From NCBI GenBank assembly GCA_963815115.1, contig CAWFFN010000005.1:1536001-1600000 (forward strand): 64,000 nt of DNA. The letters are read 5' to 3'. The notes under the pieces were generated by a model. The model searched no databases. It was not told the DNA's origin and saw nothing but the letters and a program-made list of their open reading frames with translations. The stretch's first letter is position 1, and each line of letters starts with the position of its first letter. The position numbers and the translations under genes are program-made. Shown here one piece after another: positions 21,729 to 30,784 of this stretch. This DNA comes from an uncultured delta proteobacterium (GTDB taxonomy: Bacteria; Desulfobacterota; Binatia; DP-6).

Positions 21729-22001
21729 TCATCCCGCACGCGGTGGGGCGGTACAGCGCTCGCGCGCCTGTCGGCGCGTCGTCCGGCAGACAGCGGCAGC
21801 GAACGCGACGCTGCCGCATCGCCCGCGCAGGGGGTCGAGCGGGTCGTCGCCGGTCACCTGAAGCTCGAGCGGACCGGCGGGGGTCGCGAGCTTCACGCCG
21901 CGCGCGTCGAGGCTCACGGCGAGGCGGCCGCCACTCGCGGGCGCCATGCGCGCGCGGCAGTCGGCCGCGGTGCAGGCGAAGAGCACGCTTCCAACACGCA
22001 A
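21729..22001 (-). pseudogene. Possible orphan C-terminal fragment of a secreted Cys-containing protein
   Basis: RLAVSLDARGVKL...LELQVT...RCGSVAF...VCR looks like a beta-rich terminal domain; no convincing start; abuts another truncated gene. Confidence 0.3.
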
Positions 22002-22648
22002 CCGTGGCAGAAGCCGTGGACGACCTGAAGAAGGAGTCCTTCGACGTCGTGCCGGTGATGACGCCGGACGGCCACCAGGGGACCGTGCACCTGGCGATCT
22101 CCGACCCGTCGGGCGACTCCGCCATCTTCGAGTATGTGGACGGCAAGCTCGTCATCCACCACGGCCGACAGTACCAGGTCATGACCAATTCTCCCATCTA
22201 CGACCAGCAGCTTGCGCTCGATGGCTACTGGCAGCAGATCGGTGGCACGACGATGCTGCCGGGCACGAACCGAGCCGCCGATCGGTTCGTTCGGGCCTCG
22301 TTCTACATCAATGCCGTTCCCAAGACCGCGAACATGAACGAGGCCATCGCCAGCGCCTTCTCCGTGATCCGCAACGTGTCCGTGCCGCTGGGAATATCGA
22401 CGCCCGGCCAGCCCAACATCTCGTCGACGATCTGGCGCACGGTGTCCGACCACAAGACCAGGCGCTACTTCTTCGAGTCGGCTCGTAGTCCGAACGTGTT
22501 CTGGGTAGCGCTCGGCGACCTGGATTTCACGACCGGCCGTCCGACGAGGAAGCTCGCCCTCACCGGAGGCGAGGTCTATGCGGGCAATGCCGCGGCGCAG
22601 TTCCAGCCGGCGGAGCCCTTCGCGTACCTCCAGGCAGCTGCGAACTAG
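21990..22648 (+). pseudogene. 5'-truncated linear amide C-N hydrolase (choloylglycine hydrolase / penicillin V acylase family)
   Basis: ATVAEAV, HLAISDPSGDSAIFEY, VMTNSP, LPGTNRAADRFVRA, STIWRTV; the N-terminal third with the catalytic Cys is missing. Confidence 0.85.
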
Positions 22649-22725
22649 GCGAGCCGCCGGGCGGCGGGCTCGAGCTGCGGCGGTGCTGGCAGGCGTGCTG
22701 TACCCCGCCCGCCACCGGGAACCGC

Positions 22726-23625
22726 TCAGGCTCGCCCCTGAGGAAAGCGCCGCTCGAGCCCCTCGATCTCGCCGAGGCCGACGGCGTCCGTGAACTGCGC
22801 GAAGGTCGGTAGCTTTTCGAGGCGGCCGGCCGGAGTGCCATGCGCCCGGACGTACGCGAGGTGCTCGCGCAGTCCGGCCATCATGGACAGCACCGAGCCG
22901 ATGGGAAAGAGCACGAGCGCAAAACCCAGCTGGCGGATCCGGTCGATGCCGATCGAAGGGGTGCGACCATGCTCGACCCAGTTCAGCAGCACCGCGTGAC
23001 GGTCGAGCTCGGTGGCGATCCTCTCGATTTCCCCTTCCGTGGTCGGCGCCTCGACCCACAGCATGTCGGCGCCCGCGTCGGCATAGCGCCGGGCGCGGTC
23101 GATCGCGGCGTCGACGCCTTCGAGCGCCAGGGCATCGGTACGGGCAATCAACACGAAGTCGGGATCGGTCCGGGCGGCGACAGCGGCGCGCAGCTTCGCA
23201 AGCATGTCCTCCACCGGCACGACACTCTTGCCGGACATGTGGCCGCACCTCTTGGGGATCACCTGATCCTCGAGGTGGATGGCCGCGACGCCGGCCTGCT
23301 CGTAGTCGCGCACCGTACGGATGGCGTTGATGGGGTTGCCGTAGCCGGTGTCGGCGTCGGCGATCACCGGCAGATCGACGGCCTGAACGATGCGCCGGGC
23401 GTTGTCGATCATCTCGGACCCGCCGAGCAGGCCGACGTCCGGACGCCCGAGCAGTGAGGCGGTGGTTGCGAAACCGCCCATGTAGACTGCCTCGAATCCC
23501 GCCTGCTCCACCAGCCGGGCCGAGAGCGCATCGTGACTTCCGGGCGCGAGGACCGGCCGGTTCGCGACGAGCAGGTCGCGGAGCCGCCGGCGATGGTTCC
23601 CGGAACGTTTCAAGAAGTCCGCCAT
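22726..23625 (-). CDS. Isocitrate lyase / PEP mutase family enzyme (methylisocitrate lyase-like)
   Basis: DALSARL, PVIADADTGYG, HLEDQ, KRCGH, IARTDA. Confidence 0.93.
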   Translation of the reverse strand: MADFLKRSGNHRRRLRDLLVANRPVLAPGSHDALSARLVEQAGFEAVYMGGFATTASLLGRPDVGLLGGSEMIDNARRIVQAVDLPVIADADTGYGNPINAIRTVRDYEQAGVAAIHLEDQVIPKRCGHMSGKSVVPVEDMLAKLRAAVAARTDPDFVLIARTDALALEGVDAAIDRARRYADAGADMLWVEAPTTEGEIERIATELDRHAVLLNWVEHGRTPSIGIDRIRQLGFALVLFPIGSVLSMMAGLREHLAYVRAHGTPAGRLEKLPTFAQFTDAVGLGEIEGLERRFPQGRA

Positions 23626-23850
23626 GGCGAGTTGCCTCCTCGGGGTCAGCAGGTTTCATATGAGAAGGCCCATCATCAACCCCGGCGCTGATCCCATCGG
23701 AGTGAGCGCGACCAGGCCGAGTATATGTCGTGTCGCGGCTGCAGCGAGGCCCTTACCGATCGGCAGGTCCAAGCGAGAAGATCTCCTGGCCCCTATCGTC
23801 CCGGCTCTGCCGCGGGCGGAGTTACTCCAAGAAATCCGAACGGAGTTGGA

Positions 23851-24504
23851 CTAGGGCCGGAGACGTCGGTCTGCCGCGGCAAAGTGCGCCATCTGGTCTG
23901 CGTGCGCCTTCTCAAAGGACGGGCGGCCCGCGGCGCGCGCGACATAGGCGCGACAGGCGGGATATTTCGCCAGTCCGTCGAACCGATCCACAAGGCGCAG
24001 CACATCCGCCATGAGGATGTCGGCAACGGAGAAGCTCCCGGCCAACCATTCGCGTCCGGCCAATATCGGCTCCATGCGCTGGAGCCGAGCGTTCAGGAAG
24101 TCATCAAAGCGCTTCCACCCCGGGGTATCGCCGGTATCACCAGAGAACTGGAACAAGGACCAGGGTAGGCTCGCCATCTCGACGGAATTGAGCGCCGCGA
24201 ACAGCCATTCAATGACCTCGCCGCGACAGCGCGTATCGGTAGGCATCAGCGCATCACTGAGCTCACCCAGATGAAGTAGGATCGCGCCGCTCTCGAAGAT
24301 CGAGATGTCGCCATCGGTCAACCACGGCACCTGACCGAAGGGTTGGTGCGCGAAGTGCTCGGCATTCCGATCGCCAAATGGCACGCTCTGGACGCGATAC
24401 GTCAACCCGGCCTCTTCCAGCGCCCAACGCACACGCAAGTCACGCACATAGCCCCGCGGCGCGTCGGGAACCCAATCGAAGGTGGTCAGAATTAGGTCGC
24501 CCAT
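23851..24504 (-). CDS. Glutathione S-transferase
   Basis: RDLRVRWALEE, QPFGQVP, FESGAILL, FSVADILM; more A/T-ending codons than neighbouring genes. Confidence 0.92.
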   Translation of the reverse strand: MGDLILTTFDWVPDAPRGYVRDLRVRWALEEAGLTYRVQSVPFGDRNAEHFAHQPFGQVPWLTDGDISIFESGAILLHLGELSDALMPTDTRCRGEVIEWLFAALNSVEMASLPWSLFQFSGDTGDTPGWKRFDDFLNARLQRMEPILAGREWLAGSFSVADILMADVLRLVDRFDGLAKYPACRAYVARAAGRPSFEKAHADQMAHFAAADRRLRP

Positions 24505-24520
24505 TCGGCGTCTCCATTGA

Positions 24521-24902
24521 CCGACATTTCCCAAATGGACGGGCCCCATCTCCGTCCCTGGGCTTGGATAGCGCGCGAGCGACCTCGCAGGCAAGGGTCT
24601 TCTGGCGTCGTGACGCCCGCCACGGGGATCCGGGACGCCTCCGAGCACCGTCTTTTCCTGACCGGGGCACCCCGAGGATGGACACCGGGCGCAGTTCGAC
24701 CCCCGGCTGCCCTCCGTTCTCCCTCCGATCGTCAGCATGGGGCTAGGTCTGGCGGAGATAGCCTCGCGATCTGATCCAGGATGCGGCCGAACAGCTCGCG
24801 CGAGGGACGGCGTTCGCGCGGAAGGTCGTGCACGACAGCCGCGTCCACTTGACCGCGTGGAATTCGAGCTTCAGCCGGCGGTCGAAGGCGACCCGCAGCC
24901 CC
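24521..24902 (-). mobile_element. IS1380-family remnant, inverted, with right end and two internal deletions
   Basis: CCGACATTTCCCAAATG matches the reverse complement of the IRR; ~220 nt resembles the 3' UTR of the intact IS; minus strand joins GLRVAFDRRLKLEFH | AVKWTRLSCTTFRANAV | RELFGRIL...LAPC*. Confidence 0.9.
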
Positions 24903-25044
24903 GGACCTGCGATCCGAGCCTGCGCCTCTCGTCGCACCAGGGGCGCAGATACCGCCCGCATCTCGGCAGGTGCCGACATGCCGGCCGACGGGCGGTGGAT
25001 GCGGCCGGCAAGCCGCGTGAATACCCGCGCGTTGCCGCGGCGGC

Positions 25045-25701
25045 TCAGCCGGCTCGCCGACGCAGCCCGCGTTGCCTCATGCGCCAGACGAGGAGATCGA
25101 GGCGGTCCTGGCCGAAGAAGGGCTCGCCCTCGAAGACCATCGTGGGCACGCCCCAGTGACCGGCAGCTTCGAGCGCGTGCTGGTTCTCCGCGACGACACG
25201 GTCATGGCGGGCGGGATCGGCCGCGATCGCCGTCTCGAGCTCCTTCAGGTCGAGCCCGGCGCGCGCCGCGGCCTCGGCGAGATGCGGCCCCTCGTGCCAG
25301 CCGATGACCTTGCCGCCCCAGATGACTGCCGAGACCTCGGCCACGAAGGGGAGGGCACGCCCGCGCTCGGCCGCGGCCACGCCCAGGCGGGCCAGCCGGT
25401 GGATGTAGGGCTGCTCCGCCGCGATCTTCCCCGACGAGAACTCCTGCACGATCGGGTCGGGCCGCGGCCAGGCGTACGGAATCCCCGCATATTCGGCGAT
25501 CCGCGTCGTGTCGCGTAGAAGGTAGGGCGGCCAAAGCGGGTTCACCGTGGTGAAGAAGCCCGGAATGCGGACGGCGATCGGCAGCACCACCCGGACGCTG
25601 ACCTCGACCTCGTACTCGGCCGCGAGGCGTACGAGCCGGGGCGTGGCGAGATACGAGTACGGAGAGCGAAAGGACCAGAACACGTCGACGGCAAGTGGCA
25701 T
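25045..25701 (-). CDS. 2-hydroxychromene-2-carboxylate isomerase / DsbA-like (kappa-class GST) protein
   Basis: FWSFRSPYSYL, GHWGVPTM, FFGQDRL. Confidence 0.92.
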   Translation of the reverse strand: MPLAVDVFWSFRSPYSYLATPRLVRLAAEYEVEVSVRVVLPIAVRIPGFFTTVNPLWPPYLLRDTTRIAEYAGIPYAWPRPDPIVQEFSSGKIAAEQPYIHRLARLGVAAAERGRALPFVAEVSAVIWGGKVIGWHEGPHLAEAAARAGLDLKELETAIAADPARHDRVVAENQHALEAAGHWGVPTMVFEGEPFFGQDRLDLLVWRMRQRGLRRRAG

Positions 25702-25756
25702 GGATGGCTGCTACAACGGGAGAAGCTGCCGCGACAAGATCACGCCCCCATCTGAA

Positions 25757-27414
25757 CCCGCATTTCCCAGATGACCGCGTCGCGCGATGACGCTGGCGGG
25801 TGAATCGGCTATGAACGGCGCGGGTTGCGTGGCCATCGAGGAGGCGGCGGATGGACGAGGCGACGGGTGAAGCGGAAGGGAACGGGTTGCGGGTCGCGTT
25901 CGACCGTCGGCTGAAACTCGAATTCCACGGCGCGACCGTCACCTCCGATGCCGGGCTACTCGCGTTTCGCGAACTCGACGACGCCCTCGGCCTCACCGCG
26001 ATGGCGGCCGAGATGCTCGCCGACCCCCGCACCGGGCGCAACGGGCGCCACAGCCTGATCGCTCAGCTTCGTCAGTCGGTGTTCGGCCGCCTCGCGGGCT
26101 ACGAGGACGTGAACGACGCCGACCGCCTCGGGCGCGATCCCGCGATGCGCTGGATCGTCGGCGGGCGTGCGGTGACGGAGTCGGCGGCGTCCACGAGCCA
26201 GATGGGTCGCTTCGAGACGAGCGCGATGATCTCGACGGCGAACCTGACGGCGTTGACTGATCTCTCGGGGCGCTGGATCGACCGCGCCCAAGCTCGGCGT
26301 GGCCGGACGGCGCTCGTGCTCGACATCGACAGCAGCGTGAGCCCGACCTACGGCGCGCAAGAGGGCACGGCCTACAACGGCCACTTCGCGTGCACCTGTT
26401 ATCACCCGCTCTTCGTGTTTAACCAGGACAGCGATCTCGAACGGTGCGCGCTGCGGCCGGGCAACGTGCACAGCGCCCACGGCTGGCGCGACGTGCTCGA
26501 CCCGGTGGTGACGCGGTATCGTGGCCGGGCGCTCCGGCGCTTGCTGCGCGGCGATGCGGCCTTCGCGCTCCCGGACGTGTACGAGTACCTCGAAACGGAA
26601 GGCTTCCACTACGCGATTCGCCTGCCCGCCAACCAGGTCCTCCAAGCGCAGATCAGCCATCTGCTCAGGCGCCCGGTGGGCCGGCCCCCGCACTACGTCC
26701 GACGCTTCTACGCGAGCTTCCGCTATCAGGCGCAGAGCTGGAGCCGGCCGCGTCGGGTGGTGGCGAAGGTCGAGTGGCATCCCGGTGAGCTGTACCCGCG
26801 CGTCGGCTTCATCGTGACGAACCTGCGTCGTCCGGCCAAGAAGGTCGTCGCCTTCTACAACGGGCGCGGGACGGCCGAGCAATGGATCAAGGAGGGAAAG
26901 CACGCGGTCAAGTGGACGCGGCCGTCGTGCACCACCTTCCGCGCCAACGCGGTCGGTCTCCAACTCCACGCGCTGGCGTACAACCTGGCCAACTTCCTCC
27001 GTACCCTGGCGCTCCCGGACGAGATCGCGCAGTGGTCCCTAACCACGCTGCGGGAGAAGGTCGTCAAGATCGGCGCGAAGGTGATCTCGCACGGCCGCTA
27101 CCTCGTCTTCCAGATGGCCGAGGTGGCGGTGCCGCGTGAGCTGTTCGGCCGCCTCCTCGGACTGATCGCGAGGCTGCGGCCACCAGAGCCGGCCCCATGC
27201 TGACGCTGGAAGGGTGTCCCGGAGGGCCGCCGGGGGTCGAGCTGCGCCCGGAGTGCGTCCTCGGGGAGCCGCAGTCAGGCCGGCCGGCGCTCGGAGGCCT
27301 CCCGGACTCCCGTGGCGGGCGCCACGACAGAAGAAAACCCTTGCCCGCGAGGTCACAAGGCCGGTATCCAAGCCCAGGGACACGGATGGGCCCCGTCCAT
27401 CTGGGAAATGTCGG
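25757..27414 (+). mobile_element. IS1380-family insertion sequence (intact)
   Basis: Terminal IRs CCCGCATTTCCCAGATG (25757) and CATCTGGGAAATGTCGG (27398-27414), 15/17 match, flank a transposase; no target duplication visible. Confidence 0.93.
25851..27203 (+). CDS. IS1380-family DDE transposase
   Basis: TSDAGLL, GYEDVND, LDIDS, CYHPL, LRPGN, RGDAAF, YNGRGTAEQWIKEGK. Confidence 0.96.
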   Translation: MDEATGEAEGNGLRVAFDRRLKLEFHGATVTSDAGLLAFRELDDALGLTAMAAEMLADPRTGRNGRHSLIAQLRQSVFGRLAGYEDVNDADRLGRDPAMRWIVGGRAVTESAASTSQMGRFETSAMISTANLTALTDLSGRWIDRAQARRGRTALVLDIDSSVSPTYGAQEGTAYNGHFACTCYHPLFVFNQDSDLERCALRPGNVHSAHGWRDVLDPVVTRYRGRALRRLLRGDAAFALPDVYEYLETEGFHYAIRLPANQVLQAQISHLLRRPVGRPPHYVRRFYASFRYQAQSWSRPRRVVAKVEWHPGELYPRVGFIVTNLRRPAKKVVAFYNGRGTAEQWIKEGKHAVKWTRPSCTTFRANAVGLQLHALAYNLANFLRTLALPDEIAQWSLTTLREKVVKIGAKVISHGRYLVFQMAEVAVPRELFGRLLGLIARLRPPEPAPC

Positions 27415-27697
27415 ACAAATAGTCGAAACCGGATTCGAGCTCGAACCGATCAAAGACAACCAGCATCTCGACCGTTCCGGGATCAGCGTTGACCTGCCAG
27501 AGCCGGAAGAAGCGGTCGGCGTAGGGATGCGCGCTCTCGACGGTCTCGATGAGCCGCCAGTTGCCGGTCGTGCGAAGCGCGGACTCTGCGGCTTCGAACG
27601 TCTTGCCGTCGGTGGCGAGATCCGGCTTCCCCTTGTCCGGTCCACACGAGGCGGCCAACACGATCATTCCCAAAAGCGTCAGTTTGTTCGGATGCAT
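27415..27697 (-). pseudogene. Lipoprotein gene truncated by IS1380
   Basis: Lipobox MHPNKLTLLGMIVLAASC; frame runs into the IS right end; more AT-rich than the surroundings. Confidence 0.7.
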
Positions 27698-27786
27698 TAT
27701 AGCTTGCGGTGCGCCGACAAACCACGTCCGGGGAGGACTGTCATCCCCATTCTTACGAAGGGCCCCGGTGTGGTAACCGATGGGCC

Positions 27787-30630
27787 GTGATCACACCGCG
27801 CGAGTTTCCCAAGCGCTTCGACTACGCCGAAGCCGAGCCCCGTATCTACCAGCGATGGCTCGACGCGCAGGCCTTCCGTACGGCCTGGGACTCCGAAGGG
27901 CGCTCGGTCGATCCCGACCGCAAGACCGCGCGGCCATTCACGATCGTGATCCCGCCCCCGAACATCACGGGCCGGCTCCACCTCGGACACGCGCTCAACA
28001 ACTCCGTGCAGGACGTGCTGATCCGCTACAAGCGCATGGACGGCTTCGACGCGCTGTGGATCCCGGGCACCGACCACGCAGGGATCGCGACGCAGTCGGT
28101 GGTGAAGAAGCAGCTCGACGCCGAAGGGATCGACTATCGCGCGCTCGGACGCGAAGCGTTCGTCGATCGGATCTGGCAGTGGCGCAGCCAATACGGCAAC
28201 GCGATCCTCGAGCAGCTGAAGCGCATGGGTTGCTCGTGCGACTGGTCGCGCACGCGCTTCACCATGGACGAGCGCTTGAACCTCGCCGTGCGCCAAGCGT
28301 TCGTCCAGCTCTACCGTGAAGGGCTGATCTACCGCGGCAAGCGGATCGTGAACTGGTGCCCGGTGGATCAGACCGCGCTGTCGGACGACGAGGTGGAGAA
28401 GGAAGAAGAGAAGGGGAAGATGTTCTACATCCGCTACCCCTTTGCGGAAGAATCGGGACACCTCGTGGTGGCGACGACGCGGCCCGAGACCCTCTTCGGC
28501 GACGTCGCGGTCGCGATCCACCCCGAGAACGAGAACCTCAAGCAGCACATCGGCAAGAAGCTCCGGCTCCCGCTGCAGGGTCGCATCATCCCGGTGATCG
28601 CGGACGAGCACGCGGATCCGACCAAGGGCACAGGCGCCGTGAAGATTACTCCCGCGCACGATCCGAACGACTTCGAGGTCGGGCTACGCCATGGGCTCCC
28701 GCAGATCGACGTCATGAACGTCGACGCGACGATGAACGACGTCCCGCCCGAGAAGTACCGCGGGAAGAACCGGTACGAGGCCCGGAAGATCGCGCTCGCG
28801 GAGCTCGAGGAGCAAGGGCTGCTCGAGAAGATCGAAGACCACATGATGGCGATCGGCCGCAGCTACCGGAGCAAGCAGCCGATCGAGTTCCGGCTGTCCG
28901 ATCAGTGGTTCGTGAAGATGGAGCCGCTCGCGGCGAAGGCGCTCGAGGCCAGCGGGTTCGTGAAGCAAGGCGGCGAGTGGACGAAGAAGCCCGGGGCCGG
29001 CGAGCTCACGCTCCACCCCGAGTACCTCGAGAAGACGTACTTCCAGTGGCTCGCCAACATCAAAGACTGGTGCATCAGCCGCCAGATCTGGTGGGGCCAC
29101 CGGATCCCCGCCTGGTTCCACGTCGATACTGGCGAGATCCTCGTCGACGTCGACATGCCGGAGCGCGCGAAGGCGGAGCCCGCGAAGTGGCGCCAGGACG
29201 AGGACGTGCTCGACACTTGGTTCTCCAGCTGGCTCTGGCCGATGAGCACGCTCGGCTGGCCGGAGAAAACGCCGGACCTCGAGCGCTACTATCCGACGAG
29301 CGTCCTCTCCACCGCGAAGGACATCCTCTTCTTCTGGGTCGCGCGCATGAACTTCGCCGGCCTCGAGTTCTCGGGGAAGTTGCCTTACCGCGACGTGTAC
29401 CTCCACTCGACGCTCGCGGACGAAGAAGGTCAGACCATGTCGAAGTCGAAGGGCAACGGCTTCGACCCCATGGTGCTGATCGAAGGCGGCAATCTGGAGA
29501 AGCTCAAGGAGCCGGTGATGTCCGCGCGCCCCTCGGACATGAAGCGGCGCTTGGAGAAGATCGAGAAGACGTTCCCCAACGGGTTCGAGGCCGTGGGCGC
29601 CGACGCCATGCGCTGGACGCTGATCTACTCGATCACCGAGGGCGAGCACGTTCGCCTCTCGCTGTCCCGCTTCACCGAGGGCAGGAACTTCGTGACCAAG
29701 CTCTGGAACGGCGCGGGCCGGATCATCACCGCGCTCGAGGCGGAGACCTCGCGAGGACCGATCGCCGAGCCGACGGACGAGGACCTCTGGATCCTCGCGC
29801 GCACCGACTCCACGATCCGCGCCGTCCGCGACGGCCTCGACCGCTTCGACTTCGGCCGCGCTGCGCAGGAGCTCTACCACTACGTCTGGGACGACTTCTG
29901 CTCCTGGGCGCTCGAGCTCTCGAAGACGCGACTTCAGAGCCCCGATCAGAAGGTTCGCCTCGGCGTGCTCTCCACCATGGGCACGGTCCTCGCCGACATG
30001 CTGCGCATGCTCCACCCGATCGTCCCGTTCGTGACCGAGGAGCTGTGGAGTCGCGTCGCGCCGCTCATGACGCACCTCGAGCTCTGGAAGGGCGAGCGTC
30101 CGGACTCGGAGCTCCTGATCCGCGAGCGGTTTCCCAAACCCCGGCGGGCGCCCCAGCCGGAGATCGAAGAGCGCTTCGCGATCCTGCAGCGCTTCGTCAT
30201 GGCCGTCCGCAGCCTGCGCGCGCAGTCGAACATCAAAGACAGCGATCGCATCGTGGTCCACGTGAAGCCGATCCACCCCGCTGCCCGCGCGATGCTCGAG
30301 CAAGCGAAGGGCTCGGTCATGTTTCTCGCCAAGCTCGAAGCGATCGAGTTCGTCGAAGCCAAGGCCAAGGGCATGGCGGTCCAGATCGATCCCGCGTTCG
30401 AGGCCTACGTCGATCTCGCGAAGTACATCGACATCAAGGTCGAGCTCGAACGCCTCGCCAAGTTGATCGCGCAGAAGGAGAAGGAGCGCGACGCCAACAA
30501 GAAGAAGCTCGAGAACCCGAGCTTCGCGGATCGCGCACCGCCCGAGACGGTGAAGGAGGCGCGCGACAAGGTGGCGGAGGCGGAAGACACGATCGCGAAG
30601 CTGCGCGCGACGAGGGACAACCTTCAGTAA
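27787..30630 (+). CDS. valS: Valine--tRNA ligase
   Basis: PPPNITGRLHLGH (HIGH), GTDHAGIATQ, ATTRPET, GTGAVKITPAHD, DWCISRQIWWGH, TMSKS (KMSKS), C-terminal coiled coil. Confidence 0.97.
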   Translation: MITPREFPKRFDYAEAEPRIYQRWLDAQAFRTAWDSEGRSVDPDRKTARPFTIVIPPPNITGRLHLGHALNNSVQDVLIRYKRMDGFDALWIPGTDHAGIATQSVVKKQLDAEGIDYRALGREAFVDRIWQWRSQYGNAILEQLKRMGCSCDWSRTRFTMDERLNLAVRQAFVQLYREGLIYRGKRIVNWCPVDQTALSDDEVEKEEEKGKMFYIRYPFAEESGHLVVATTRPETLFGDVAVAIHPENENLKQHIGKKLRLPLQGRIIPVIADEHADPTKGTGAVKITPAHDPNDFEVGLRHGLPQIDVMNVDATMNDVPPEKYRGKNRYEARKIALAELEEQGLLEKIEDHMMAIGRSYRSKQPIEFRLSDQWFVKMEPLAAKALEASGFVKQGGEWTKKPGAGELTLHPEYLEKTYFQWLANIKDWCISRQIWWGHRIPAWFHVDTGEILVDVDMPERAKAEPAKWRQDEDVLDTWFSSWLWPMSTLGWPEKTPDLERYYPTSVLSTAKDILFFWVARMNFAGLEFSGKLPYRDVYLHSTLADEEGQTMSKSKGNGFDPMVLIEGGNLEKLKEPVMSARPSDMKRRLEKIEKTFPNGFEAVGADAMRWTLIYSITEGEHVRLSLSRFTEGRNFVTKLWNGAGRIITALEAETSRGPIAEPTDEDLWILARTDSTIRAVRDGLDRFDFGRAAQELYHYVWDDFCSWALELSKTRLQSPDQKVRLGVLSTMGTVLADMLRMLHPIVPFVTEELWSRVAPLMTHLELWKGERPDSELLIRERFPKPRRAPQPEIEERFAILQRFVMAVRSLRAQSNIKDSDRIVVHVKPIHPAARAMLEQAKGSVMFLAKLEAIEFVEAKAKGMAVQIDPAFEAYVDLAKYIDIKVELERLAKLIAQKEKERDANKKKLENPSFADRAPPETVKEARDKVAEAEDTIAKLRATRDNLQ

Positions 30631-30784
30631 TCACCCCTCCGTTTCGTCGAACTCCAACTCCGCGTCCGCGCGATGTTGCCCCGCCACCGTCGTCGCGCGC
30701 AGGCGAGGTCCACCGCGCGGAGAGTCCGAGCTGAAAGGGCGGCGCTCGGTGGCTCGGGCTGTTCGTCTTCGTGCTGCTGCAAGG

